Of a stretch of DNA of 53,614 bases, positions 37,315-46,667 are shown in pieces. A model generated the notes under the pieces. That model saw only the letters and a list, made by a program, of their open reading frames with translations. It had not been told where the DNA came from and made no database searches. Both the position numbers and the translations under genes were made by a program. Numbering within the stretch: the stretch's first letter is position 1; each line of letters begins with the position of its first letter. The stretch comes from a virus (Duplodnaviria; Caudoviricetes), in the IMG/VR virus record IMGVR_UViG_3300034120_000351, positions 1-53,614 of that record. The stretch is one strand, 5' to 3'.

Positions 37315-39947
37315 CAGAATGTGCCTCCAGAGATACCACTCCAAGTCGGAGCGCTTGAACCGGCAGACGTCAATACTTGTCCGGCAGTGCCGTTAGCTAG
37401 GAAAGCCGTTGCGCCTGAGCCGGTTTGGTAAGGAATCTGGCTAGCCGCGCCTCCGGCAAGGTTCGTCGCCGTACCGACAGCCAACGTAGACTGCGCCGCA
37501 TACGTAGGTGCTGTACCGTTAGATGTCAGCACGTAGCCGTTCGCGCCTATCGCTAATTGAGAAAGGGCTGTCGTACCTGATGCGTACAGCAGGTCACCGG
37601 TGGTGTAAGAGCCGATATTTGTACCGCCCTGCGCTACAGCGAGCGTGCCGGAGGTCACCTGCGATGCGGCGATAGCGATATTTGTATCCGCTAGCGCTGT
37701 TAACTGACCTTGCGCATTCACCGTCGCGGTCAGAGTTTTACTAGCGCTACCGTAAGCGGCGGCGGTCACAGCGGTGTTGGTGATGCTGAACTGCGTTCCG
37801 GTCAGCGTCAGACCTGTACCAGCGGTGTAAACCTGTGCGGAACTAATTTGCGCAAATGTGATAGCTGTCGTGCCAAATGTGATCGTGCCAACAGTCGTAC
37901 AGATGTAAGTCTCGCCAATACCTGTCGCACCAGCTTGCACAAAGAACGCATCGCCTTGACCGAGAGAATTTGGACTGAACGGCGCATAAGTGTCTGCGTC
38001 AGTCGCGCGGGTGAGCACCCAGTTAGTTGACCCATCACCAACTACGGTGACCGTGTAGACACCGTTCTCAGCTTGGTTGGTCTGGTTGTAGATCAACACA
38101 CGCATACCGACAGTGGTCAATACACCGTCAATGGTCAACGCTACTTGCGCGCCAGCGTTGGTCAATGTGGCTCCGACGCCTGACGCACCATTGTTGTACG
38201 TTGCGCTGAGATTGCCTACGGAGTCTGGCGACTCGAGATAAACAGGCGCATGATAGTGGATACCTGACGACGCAAGCGTGTCCACGTATTGTTTAGTCGC
38301 CAATTGCAAGGCGGTTGTTGGGTCTTGCGTCACGGCGACAGAAGTTAAGCCGCCGAGGGTCAAGCTAGAAGCGCCCAACGCGATAGCCGTTGTGCCCACA
38401 GTCACCGATGAGTTTGTCAAGCTCGCGTTAGCAATGTTTGTCAGCGTGTTCGCTGAGCCGGAGATAGAAACGCCGTTCAGCGTAGCTAACGTGCCGCCCA
38501 AAGAAAGTGAGTCGCTACCGATAGTGACTGAACTATTGGACAAACTACCATTGCCGATGTTGGTGAGCGTGTTGCTGGCACCGCTGATTGTTTTATTGGT
38601 CAGCGTTTGAGCGCCCGTCAACGTAGCTACGGTAGAGTCAATGCCGATAGTCACAGCAGTAGAACCGTCGTATGACGTGCCGGTCAAACCCGTACCGATT
38701 GTCAAGGGGTTCGTAGCTGTGGCGGTAACTGTAACCGAACTACCGAGGCTCACGGCAGAGCCATTGATAGTGATCGCGCTATTTGACAAACTACCATTAC
38801 CGATGTTGGTGAACGTGTTGTTTGCACCGCTCATTGTCTTACCGGTGAGCGTTTGTGCACCCGTCAACGTGGCGACAGTTGAATCAATCGCGATTGTGAC
38901 GGCAGACGAGCCGTCGTATGATGTGCCTGACAAACCAGTGCCGATGGTCAAAGCGTTTGACGCGGTGGCGGTTACAGTGACTGAACCGCCCAAGCTCACA
39001 GACGAGCCGTTGATCGTGATGGCACTATTGGTCAGGCTCGCATTACCGATGTTGCTGAAAGTGTTAAGCGAGCCGCTCATTGTCTTTCCGGTCAACGTGG
39101 ACGGGATGTCAGCGTTGACCAGCAAACGGAAAGCGGTGGGGGCGTCTACCCCGCTAGTCGGACCCGCATAAACATAGTTTGCAGGTTGGTCTGACACGAT
39201 CAGCGCAGAACCCCAGCTCGGGGCGGCTGTGCCGTTTGAAATTAGAACCTGACCTAGAGCACCGGCAGCACTGACGTACATGCCGTCAGCGCCTGACCAG
39301 ATTACGGCTCCTGGTTGCATCACCAAGCTACGCGCTGTACCACCATTACCTAACCCGAGAATATTGTCAACCTGATCATCGTCAGACAAGTCAAGAGCAG
39401 GGTGCTGGTGATCGCTACGGGCGAGGGTGTTCTCCGAGCCAGCCGAGCCGGTTTGAAAATTCGTTTGCGGCGCACTCGCGCTATAGCTGGCAGCGAGCGT
39501 AACATTACCGCTCAACGCACCACCGCCGGTCAAGCCGTTACCAGCGATAACCTGCGTGCTCGTAGGCACATAACCTGAGATAGCCACAGGGGTCGTAGTA
39601 GCGGCGGTCACGCGACCGGTCGTGTCAACAGTTACCACAGGAATGTTAGTGGCATCACCATAAACACCAGGAGTCACGCCTGAGCTAGCCAGCTGCGTAG
39701 AACCCACGCCGCCGTTAGCAATGCTCAACGTGACGTTGCTTGACAAAGCACCGCCGCCGGTCATACCTGTGCCCGCAATCACTTGGCGGCTCGTAGGAAC
39801 ACCGGCAACGCTGAGCAGGTCACCGACGCGGATCTGGTAGTTGTTACCCTGATACACGATCATCATCAGGCTGTTTTCGTCAGCCACAGGAGCGACGGGT
39901 AACTGCGTGAGTCGTGTCGGTATTAGATTGCTTGGGACATCAGACAT
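37314..39947 (-). CDS. Long tail fibre protein
   Basis: 877 aa Thr/Gly/Ser-rich; AGTGLTGGG, TVD..GRVT and QTLTNKT fibre motifs; C-terminal GGTF. Confidence 0.8.
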   Translation of the reverse strand: MSDVPSNLIPTRLTQLPVAPVADENSLMMIVYQGNNYQIRVGDLLSVAGVPTSRQVIAGTGMTGGGALSSNVTLSIANGGVGSTQLASSGVTPGVYGDATNIPVVTVDTTGRVTAATTTPVAISGYVPTSTQVIAGNGLTGGGALSGNVTLAASYSASAPQTNFQTGSAGSENTLARSDHQHPALDLSDDDQVDNILGLGNGGTARSLVMQPGAVIWSGADGMYVSAAGALGQVLISNGTAAPSWGSALIVSDQPANYVYAGPTSGVDAPTAFRLLVNADIPSTLTGKTMSGSLNTFSNIGNASLTNSAITINGSSVSLGGSVTVTATASNALTIGTGLSGTSYDGSSAVTIAIDSTVATLTGAQTLTGKTMSGANNTFTNIGNGSLSNSAITINGSAVSLGSSVTVTATATNPLTIGTGLTGTSYDGSTAVTIGIDSTVATLTGAQTLTNKTISGASNTLTNIGNGSLSNSSVTIGSDSLSLGGTLATLNGVSISGSANTLTNIANASLTNSSVTVGTTAIALGASSLTLGGLTSVAVTQDPTTALQLATKQYVDTLASSGIHYHAPVYLESPDSVGNLSATYNNGASGVGATLTNAGAQVALTIDGVLTTVGMRVLIYNQTNQAENGVYTVTVVGDGSTNWVLTRATDADTYAPFSPNSLGQGDAFFVQAGATGIGETYICTTVGTITFGTTAITFAQISSAQVYTAGTGLTLTGTQFSITNTAVTAAAYGSASKTLTATVNAQGQLTALADTNIAIAASQVTSGTLAVAQGGTNIGSYTTGDLLYASGTTALSQLAIGANGYVLTSNGTAPTYAAQSTLAVGTATNLAGGAASQIPYQTGSGATAFLANGTAGQVLTSAGSSAPTWSGISGGTF
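38580..39100 (-). repeat. Internal duplication of about 246 nt (about 82 aa) in the tail fibre
   Basis: TLTGKTMSG...NIGN.SL.NSAITINGS.VSLG.SVTVTATA.N.LTIGTGL.GTSYDGS.AVTI.IDSTVATLTGAQ occurs twice, then partial copies. Confidence 0.85.
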
Positions 39948-40250
39948 TTAAAACTCCAAGTAGCCATTACCGTCTTCGGTAATGAAAAACTCATCACCGG
40001 CTTCTTGAATGACGCCCGCAGGATGAGTGTTAATCGGGGTGTCCGGACGATTGAACGGAAGGACGATTTGATCAGGACGACGCGGCGCAAGGCGGTAAGG
40101 GTCGTACTCATCGCGGTCTTCTTCGCAGACCATGAGACCAGGATAGTTCGGGTCAGGAGCCAACTCAGAAAGCAACATCTTACGCGAGCAACGACCGCAG
40201 ATGGCGATACCATACGTCGGTTGTCCGCTCGGGTCAAGAAATACGCTCAT
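39948..40250 (-). CDS. Hypothetical structural-region protein
   Basis: AICGRC...LMVC motif; C-terminal IQEAG...ITEDG. Confidence 0.7.
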   Translation of the reverse strand: MSVFLDPSGQPTYGIAICGRCSRKMLLSELAPDPNYPGLMVCEEDRDEYDPYRLAPRRPDQIVLPFNRPDTPINTHPAGVIQEAGDEFFITEDGNGYLEF

Positions 40251-41227
40251 TTGGTGTAAACCCCAATACCAGGATTGATCTGAATAGGCGAGCCGTCATT
40301 GTCACCATCCCACGCACGCTGCAAGCTCATAGCGGCTCGTTGCTCAAGCATAGGGATGAGCTGGGCGTCAACTTGCGGGGTCTCGGAGGCGACCTTAGCG
40401 GTCAGGTTGTCAACAATCGCATTCAACCAGCGCTGAGGCACTTCTACGTCTTGCTGAAGGTTCGCAGTGTCCATGATCTGACGATGGCGCCAGAGGATCA
40501 ACTGAGCCTGCTCAGCAGCAATGAACGGCGCTGGCCAGAGGTATACCACCGGCTCAGGTAGGTCGCGCTGAAAATAATAATTGCTAGGACGACCAGGAAA
40601 CACTTTGTTGCTCTGGTTTACGTAGCTGTCGCGGTTCAGCTGCCCGAGGGGGATCTCTTGAGGCATATTGCCGAGGCTGATTACCGCATAGTTGAAAGTT
40701 GCCGTAGAGGTAATTCTGAAGTACTGGTAGGGCAATGCACCAGAAATGTCTGTCCACGTAATCTCGCCCGCGCTCGCGGTGTCTGAGTACGTCCCTACGG
40801 TAACCCAAACAGTTCCGTTCGTGCTCACCTGAAAGGTCAACGGAGTTGACGCACCGGACCATTCAACACCTACAGTGTCTACAACGGTCTGGGTGGTGAA
40901 GTTTACGGTGTACGAGGTTGACGTCGCTACGGTAGCGCCGGTCACAGGCTGGATGACGCGGTAATTCAGGTTGAGGACTTCGACCGTGCCGTTAGGTAAG
41001 GTGACAATCGGCTGGTTTTCGTACATAGGTAGAATCAGCTTCTCAATACACCAGCTAGGGGTTTTGATGCTCGCTAACTCAGACAGGAACAAATACAGAG
41101 ACTCTAGAGCATAGGTCTGCATTTCGCCTGTGATAGCCTGAGCGGGCAGACGACAACGCCTGAAGGCGTGGTCTACCACCTTCAGCGCGTTAAATGTCGT
41201 TGTGCTCACTGTGCCGGAATATGCCAT
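40247..41227 (-). CDS. Head-closure / adaptor-type virion protein
   Basis: MAYSGT...AFRRC, NK..PGRP.NYYFQR, YLWPAP and EVPQRW motifs. Confidence 0.65.
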   Translation of the reverse strand: MAYSGTVSTTTFNALKVVDHAFRRCRLPAQAITGEMQTYALESLYLFLSELASIKTPSWCIEKLILPMYENQPIVTLPNGTVEVLNLNYRVIQPVTGATVATSTSYTVNFTTQTVVDTVGVEWSGASTPLTFQVSTNGTVWVTVGTYSDTASAGEITWTDISGALPYQYFRITSTATFNYAVISLGNMPQEIPLGQLNRDSYVNQSNKVFPGRPSNYYFQRDLPEPVVYLWPAPFIAAEQAQLILWRHRQIMDTANLQQDVEVPQRWLNAIVDNLTAKVASETPQVDAQLIPMLEQRAAMSLQRAWDGDNDGSPIQINPGIGVYTK

Positions 41228-41283
41228 ACTAACCCCATTTTGTAGTCAGATGGCTGCTGTCCTAGCACGCCCGATATTGACGA

Positions 41284-41312
41284 ATTATAATTCAATATTG
41301 TTGAAAGACCAA
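41284..41312 (-). promoter_or_regulatory. Sigma70-like promoter
   Basis: TTGGTC-17nt-TATAAT. Confidence 0.6.
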
Positions 41313-41317
41313 CCAGC

Positions 41318-41737
41318 TCAGCAATTTTTACTACCGCCTTTGGGCATAACAGCGCCGCCCTTTTTCAGCATCATCTTGCCAGGGAGCTTAGGTGCGGTGT
41401 GCTTCGAGGTTTCGCCAGGATTCTTGTTACCAACAACACCCAACGTGCCTCGGTTTTTCAACATTTCACGACCGCCCGTATTCATGGCACCGCCTTTAGC
41501 CATACCCTTGAGTTCGTTCTTGTCGTAGCGCATTTCAGAACGGACACGAGACATCTCCTTACCGGCGTCGCGCTGCTTAGCGGAAACGCGGTTAATTTCT
41601 TCTCGCTCGTTGCGAATAGTGTCTCTGACTCGAGCCTCGCCACCTTTAGCGTAACCCTTAGCCATACCGCCTCCGCAGTAACCCACGGTCTTACCAGCGG
41701 ATGAGAAATCAAAATCTTTAACTTTTCCGATTGTCAT
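41318..41737 (-). CDS. Small basic protein with repeated xxKGG motifs
   Basis: YAKGG, MAKGG, LKKGG and MPKGG. Confidence 0.7.
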   Translation of the reverse strand: MTIGKVKDFDFSSAGKTVGYCGGGMAKGYAKGGEARVRDTIRNEREEINRVSAKQRDAGKEMSRVRSEMRYDKNELKGMAKGGAMNTGGREMLKNRGTLGVVGNKNPGETSKHTAPKLPGKMMLKKGGAVMPKGGSKNC

Positions 41738-41763
41738 AATTCACTCCTATAAATTTTCAGCGT

Positions 41764-42543
41764 TCACGCTAGCGTGTTTTTGATCAGAACCAAAATGAAC
41801 ATGGACGAAACAGCGTTATTGTTTGCGCTACCTATTGCTGTGGCTTCAATGGTGGTCTTTTCAGGAACCGCCAGAGGATACTCAAATACATAATTCGCCA
41901 CGCCGTTGTTGAGCGTGGTGATCGCGGCAGTCTGCCTAATGTTGTTGGAACCTCTAGTCAGCAATCTACCCTGAACCTGAGTTGACCCGCTGGCTTGACC
42001 GGTAGAAAACAGACCTTGAGCGACATACGCAGTGTAGCCCTCAGGCACCGTATAACTTCCCGTGGTTGTGTTGTTGTAGTCAAACTTGATGATGTCGTAT
42101 GCGGTCGCAGGAACGCCTGCGGTCACAGTGCCGGTGCCGATGTAGATGTCGCCAGCCGCGCTGTTACCAGAGCCTGCTGTAGCCACATAAGCATAGTTCA
42201 CACGAATCAACGCCGCAGTCATCGTCACAGCAGTCTGACCATTCATGGTGACTGTCTCAGTGACTTCGCTGTAGTTTGCGTCAAGACCTTGAACAACAAT
42301 CGTTCGCGCACCGGTACCAGCAGAAGTATCGTTCGCACTCGTTGAGCTGACCGTCATCTGAATAGCAGACGCAGGAAAAGTAATCAGGCTGGGCAAAGGC
42401 CAGACAGACACCTGAGTCGTGTCTACGTCTGGATTAAAACCGAACACTGTTACGTTTCTGTGCCCCTGAATTTGACCGCGAGAAACTTGAAGTTCAAACG
42501 GACCGAACTCTCCGAACTGAGTTACTGATGCAGGTGCGCCCAT
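41764..42543 (-). CDS. Putative virion structural protein
   Basis: 259 aa, beta/Thr-rich, in the head module. Confidence 0.6.
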   Translation of the reverse strand: MGAPASVTQFGEFGPFELQVSRGQIQGHRNVTVFGFNPDVDTTQVSVWPLPSLITFPASAIQMTVSSTSANDTSAGTGARTIVVQGLDANYSEVTETVTMNGQTAVTMTAALIRVNYAYVATAGSGNSAAGDIYIGTGTVTAGVPATAYDIIKFDYNNTTTGSYTVPEGYTAYVAQGLFSTGQASGSTQVQGRLLTRGSNNIRQTAAITTLNNGVANYVFEYPLAVPEKTTIEATAIGSANNNAVSSMFILVLIKNTLA

Positions 42544-42553
42544 ACTACACCCC

Positions 42554-42964
42554 TCACTGAGAAGCGTAGGTTTTCAAGCATTCGAGAATGATCGTATAAC
42601 GATCGCCCGAAGCCGCGCCCACTGTTGAAAACAACACGTCGCCAGTTTTACCCGCGCCCGCGTTATTTGGTAGACCGCCAAAATCTGAAAATGTCATCTG
42701 GTACATTTTGTCCGCAGGGACGGTTTCACAGATCAAATCAGTCGTCGCGTCCCAAAGAATATCCACGCCCATACCTTGTGTCAATGCCCAAATCTTGTTG
42801 ATTTTGACACCATTACACGCGAGATTAAATGAGTTAGGGGTCAGCGTAGAAACGTCAATTTTCAAAACAGCGGTTTCACCAGTGCCATCTGAAATATTGG
42901 TAAATTTGGCGATGAACAGGCGCTCACCGTCAAGAATCGTTTGCGATGTTACTGCATCAGCCAT
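42554..42964 (-). CDS. Putative virion structural protein
   Basis: MADAVTSQTI.DG...KFTNISDGTGE.AVLKIDVS pattern; AGGAG RBS. Confidence 0.65.
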   Translation of the reverse strand: MADAVTSQTILDGERLFIAKFTNISDGTGETAVLKIDVSTLTPNSFNLACNGVKINKIWALTQGMGVDILWDATTDLICETVPADKMYQMTFSDFGGLPNNAGAGKTGDVLFSTVGAASGDRYTIILECLKTYASQ

Positions 42965-42981
42965 GTCTATCTCCTGAGGTT

Positions 42982-43010
42982 AAAAATGAAAGGGGCGAAC
43001 CCCTCTCATT
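42982..43010 (-). terminator. Intrinsic terminator
   Basis: ATGAGAGGGG-TTCG-CCCCTTTCAT followed by a T tract on the minus strand. Confidence 0.75.
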
Positions 43011-43013
43011 CAA

Positions 43014-43409
43014 TTAAGCGGCAACAGCGCCGTTCAAGGCAACAATAGCCCAACCTGTAGCGGTGTAGACTAGCATGGCGGACTCACCGACGCCAGTGAA
43101 AGTGATAGTTGTGAAACCGATCTTAGTCGTGGGAGTCAAAACAGCAGAGCCGCCATCAACCACGTGGCTAATAATTTTGATTTGCCCAACAGTACCGTCA
43201 GCCAAGGTCAAAGCCTGTGCCGCACCGGTCGTTGTCAAGCTGGTCAACATGTCTGTGATGTTCACAGCGCCAGCGCCGGAAAGAGCTTGATTAGAAGCGA
43301 AGATATCGCCAGTGACGTTGCCGGTTACGTTACCGGTAATGTTACCAGTGACCGCGCCGATGAAACCATTTGTGGACGTAACTGGTCCGGAGAAGGTAGT
43401 AGAAGCCAT
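43014..43409 (-). CDS. Putative capsid-associated protein (MASTTFSGPV...)
   Basis: Directly downstream of the major capsid gene; GNVT repeats. Confidence 0.65.
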   Translation of the reverse strand: MASTTFSGPVTSTNGFIGAVTGNITGNVTGNVTGDIFASNQALSGAGAVNITDMLTSLTTTGAAQALTLADGTVGQIKIISHVVDGGSAVLTPTTKIGFTTITFTGVGESAMLVYTATGWAIVALNGAVAA

Positions 43410-43420
43410 TTTAAATTCCT

Positions 43421-43482
43421 CTCATGCGAGTAAAAGTGAAGTGTCTGTCTGCATGACGTCAGCTGGGACTGTCAGGCACTTC
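43421..43482 (-). ncRNA. Candidate structured cis-regulatory RNA (H-type pseudoknot) in the 5' leader
   Basis: GAAGTGCCTG/CAGACACTTC stem; loop TCATGC is complementary to downstream GCATGA abutting the RBS. Confidence 0.35.
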
Positions 43483-43493
43483 GGGGAAACCCA

Positions 43494-43520
43494 GAAAAAG
43501 AGGGGGACCGAAGTCCCCCG
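43494..43520 (-). terminator. Intrinsic terminator after the major capsid gene
   Basis: GGGGGAC-TTCG-GTCCCCC then TCTTTTT. Confidence 0.85.
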
Positions 43521-43525
43521 CTTTA

Positions 43526-44440
43526 TTAAACGCCAGCAGTACCGAACACGCCACGTGGGTCAGTCCAACCCAATGTGTAACGCTCAGTAGCCTTGTAGCG
43601 CATAGAGTCAGTCTCGAAGTCGCCTTCCATAGACTTCTCCAAGCCACGACGCATCAACAACTTCAAGCCTTCAGGCGCATCGGTCTGCACCCACCATGCG
43701 GTAGATGAAGTGATACGTGACAAGTTAGCTTGGCCATCAGCCAGCAAGCCCATGGACTTAACTGGGTTGATGTCGTTGTCGGCTGTGCCGGTGCGCAAGA
43801 CGCTCTTCAAGAGGACTTCTGCTTGGAACACGTTAGAAGGACCGGAAACGATCTTCTTAGGTGTCAAACGGATACGCTTACCGTTGTTGTCAACGGCGTT
43901 ACGGATCTGAATCAGCAACTGCTCAAGAGAGGTTTGTGACAAGTTAGCGGGGGTGCTCAGCTGATTGCTGAACGTGCCGTTAACGATTGGGTGGTTAGTT
44001 GCAACCAACGCCACACCGTCACCACCAACATACGCGCCGTTGAAGGCACGATTCAAGATGTTAGCTGCGAGGGTTTCCTTAGTCTCGATCAAAGACTGCG
44101 CCAAGTGCTTGGCGTAAGTCTGACCGATACGGATGTGGTCGCCGTCTTCCACCAAGACTTTGGTCAAGCTGAATGCCAGACCGTAGACTTTGTAGAGGTA
44201 GCGTTGCAAGAACAACACGCCACCAGACTGGTAAGAAACAGCCATACCGTCGGGCAGTTCAGGCGCTGCGCCAAAACCATAAAGAACAGGTTCTTCATGG
44301 TAGTTGCGAGGGATGCCTTTTTGCTCGCGGAAGACCATCTTCCACTCGTCAGCACGTTGGTCATAAACACCATCGAACACTTCGTTGAGGATAGGCTCAA
44401 CAACGGACCGGAAGTCCGTACTACGCATTGGGGTAGCCAT
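43526..44440 (-). CDS. Major capsid protein (HK97 fold)
   Basis: 304 aa; TKE..AANILNRAF...GGDGVAL...HP and GDFETD..RYKA.ERY..GWTDPRG motifs; strong RBS and terminator. Confidence 0.88.
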   Translation of the reverse strand: MATPMRSTDFRSVVEPILNEVFDGVYDQRADEWKMVFREQKGIPRNYHEEPVLYGFGAAPELPDGMAVSYQSGGVLFLQRYLYKVYGLAFSLTKVLVEDGDHIRIGQTYAKHLAQSLIETKETLAANILNRAFNGAYVGGDGVALVATNHPIVNGTFSNQLSTPANLSQTSLEQLLIQIRNAVDNNGKRIRLTPKKIVSGPSNVFQAEVLLKSVLRTGTADNDINPVKSMGLLADGQANLSRITSSTAWWVQTDAPEGLKLLMRRGLEKSMEGDFETDSMRYKATERYTLGWTDPRGVFGTAGV

Positions 44441-44455
44441 AATCTAGCCTCCTTA

Positions 44456-45049
44456 TTATACCGAGTTCACAGCAGCTTTGTAGTGGTGTTCGTTGATACG
44501 AACAGACACAACTACGTAGGCGTCAGTGAGCGAGTCGTTGATCTCATATCCAAAGCCGGTAATCTGGAATTGACCAGATGTGCTCTGAATGGCGGTCAGG
44601 TAAGTGTTTGACAAACCTGTTTGTGTTGAGCCACCAGGAGAGGCGACTGTCCAATCACACTCTTCGCCGACAGCTGTTTGCACAGTTGTACCAGCAGAAG
44701 GGTTGTTGTATTGAACATCAAACAAAGTTTCAGGGTCATCATACACCCATGCTGTGATCTCAGTACCAGTCGTGCCAGAAGGCCAGAAAGGAGAAATCGT
44801 GGGCTTGCCGGAAGCGTCCAAGTACTGAACACCTGCGAAGATGCCCAACAAAGAAACTCCGTCGGTCGTGCCTGAACGAGTACCGTCAGACGTGCCGAGT
44901 TGAATAACACCGTTATCAGTCAACTTTACGGGGTCACCGCTGAAGATGTTGGCTGCATAGGTGCTAGCGATTACATAGGCTTTTGGGCGCATCTGACCAC
45001 TGTTGTGGTAAGACGCACGAAAGCCAAAGGGTGCGCTTGTCGAAGACAT
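44456..45049 (-). CDS. Capsid decoration / minor head protein
   Basis: APFGF...IFSGDPV...GIFAGVQY...VYDDP pattern, directly upstream of the capsid gene. Confidence 0.65.
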   Translation of the reverse strand: MSSTSAPFGFRASYHNSGQMRPKAYVIASTYAANIFSGDPVKLTDNGVIQLGTSDGTRSGTTDGVSLLGIFAGVQYLDASGKPTISPFWPSGTTGTEITAWVYDDPETLFDVQYNNPSAGTTVQTAVGEECDWTVASPGGSTQTGLSNTYLTAIQSTSGQFQITGFGYEINDSLTDAYVVVSVRINEHHYKAAVNSV

Positions 45050-45078
45050 AGTTGCTCCTAATGGATTAAAAAGTTGCG

Positions 45079-45609
45079 TCAGGAAAGATCAAACTGAGCT
45101 TCCCGCTGTTGCCCTATTTCCATATTACCGTCTCCCATGGTCAAGCGCGACTTAGACGTACGAGCTTGCTGCTCGAGGAACTCTGCCGTGTCGGTGAGTT
45201 TCTCTTCTTCACGCAGGGGTGCATCGTGATGCGCCTCCTTCATGTATTTCTCATAAAGAGAAATAGGCAGCTTAAAAGCCAACATCTCATTCACCCCAAT
45301 GAACCCAACCCAGTCACCCGTCTTAAGGGTTGCGTATTCCCAGCCAGGAACGTCTTCTGGCTTCAAAGGCTCGTAGCCTAAGCGGATCCGCATCTGGATC
45401 GAATCACGAGGGTTAGTCGTGGTCAGCCAGCAACAATGCCAGCCGGAGAGTTTCGGTAAGTCCGGTAAAGAGGACTGAAAAAACTGCTGACGGAACATTT
45501 CAACCCGCTCATCTTCGGTAACCTCTCGGTTTTGTGTGATTGTACGATCTAACATCGCACGATTTTCACGACCGTCTCCTGCGGATTTTTTCAAGCGTTC
45601 GTCTGTCAT
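45079..45609 (-). CDS. Conserved hypothetical head-module protein
   Basis: AAGGAG RBS; between scaffold and decoration genes. Confidence 0.7.
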   Translation of the reverse strand: MTDERLKKSAGDGRENRAMLDRTITQNREVTEDERVEMFRQQFFQSSLPDLPKLSGWHCCWLTTTNPRDSIQMRIRLGYEPLKPEDVPGWEYATLKTGDWVGFIGVNEMLAFKLPISLYEKYMKEAHHDAPLREEEKLTDTAEFLEQQARTSKSRLTMGDGNMEIGQQREAQFDLS

Positions 45610-45639
45610 AATACTCGCTCCTTTCAGCGATTGAAACCA

Positions 45640-45668
45640 ATTATAGGGTTTGAAAATTAAAAAGCCAA
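45640..45668 (-). promoter_or_regulatory. Sigma70-like promoter driving the capsid genes
   Basis: TTGGCT-17nt-TATAAT. Confidence 0.7.
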
Positions 45669-45682
45669 ATCATTCAAGTGTT

Positions 45683-46654
45683 TCACGCTTTGTTAGCGCG
45701 GTCGTACTCGGAGTAACGCTTAGCGTACTTCATGCGCAGTACGGGGTCATCCCACACACCTGCGTCAATCAGTGCCTGCTTGCGCTCGGGACTGAGGTAG
45801 ATCTCCTTACGTGTTGACGCAGGGGCGTGCTCACGTCCGGAACCTACAGCGGGACCACCGCGTGGAGTGCGTTCCTCCCTAGGCTCGCGAGTGTCGCGGC
45901 GCTCGGTCTTGAACTTCTCGGGTAGGCGGCGGGCAGCACGCTTACGCAATTCATCCCAGTATTCCTCAGACTGTGGATTGTAACCGTCCTTGGCCAATGA
46001 TTGGTCAATAGCGATCACAATGGCTGAATCCTCATCACGACCTTGCGAGTCATACCATGGATTCTCTTTGATGAACTCGTTAGCGTAATGCATGGTCATG
46101 TCATCAAGCTGCTGACCCTGTGGCTGGGGGCGTTGCTGGGCGGCTTGTTGCTTGGCGAACTGGAGCTGCTGCACCTTCTGCATCGCCTGATCGCGATACT
46201 TCAGCGCCTGAGCTACGTCCTTGCCGTTGCCCGCCTCCACCGCCTTAGCGATGACGCGTTCCGCCATCTCGGCTTCCTTCGCCGCGTTGGCAATGTGCGC
46301 ATCATACGTGCCGAGGTCTACCTGATGTGCTCGTTGCTCCTGAGCAGATACGCGGCGCTCAAGGTCATCATTGCGTTTACGCAGGAAGTCCAGCTCGAGT
46401 TTGTCGCGTTTGATGGCTTGATCACGGCGCTCTTTGCGCTCAAGTTTCTCAAGTCGGCGTCTCTCGCGGATCGCCTCTCGCTCGTCGTCATTCCCGTCGC
46501 CGTCATCGTCGGCAGCGGTGGACGCCGTGCGGTCGTCTTCTTCATGATCATCATCCTGTTGATCATCCTGTCTGTCACTTAACTTTGACTCGTCTTCTAC
46601 GATGATGATTTCCTCACCACCGCGCTCGTCGTCTTCTTTCATTACATTAGCCAT
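45683..46654 (-). CDS. Capsid scaffolding protein
   Basis: Acidic N-terminus, long coiled coil, ENPWY and EEYWDEL motifs; between portal and capsid. Confidence 0.72.
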   Translation of the reverse strand: MANVMKEDDERGGEEIIIVEDESKLSDRQDDQQDDDHEEDDRTASTAADDDGDGNDDEREAIRERRRLEKLERKERRDQAIKRDKLELDFLRKRNDDLERRVSAQEQRAHQVDLGTYDAHIANAAKEAEMAERVIAKAVEAGNGKDVAQALKYRDQAMQKVQQLQFAKQQAAQQRPQPQGQQLDDMTMHYANEFIKENPWYDSQGRDEDSAIVIAIDQSLAKDGYNPQSEEYWDELRKRAARRLPEKFKTERRDTREPREERTPRGGPAVGSGREHAPASTRKEIYLSPERKQALIDAGVWDDPVLRMKYAKRYSEYDRANKA

Positions 46655-46667
46655 AAGTCATCTCCTT

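Noticed and set aside
43421-43482. Hammerhead ribozyme (CTGAC resembles the CUGANGA core)
   Set aside because: CUGANGA and a correctly placed GAAA are absent
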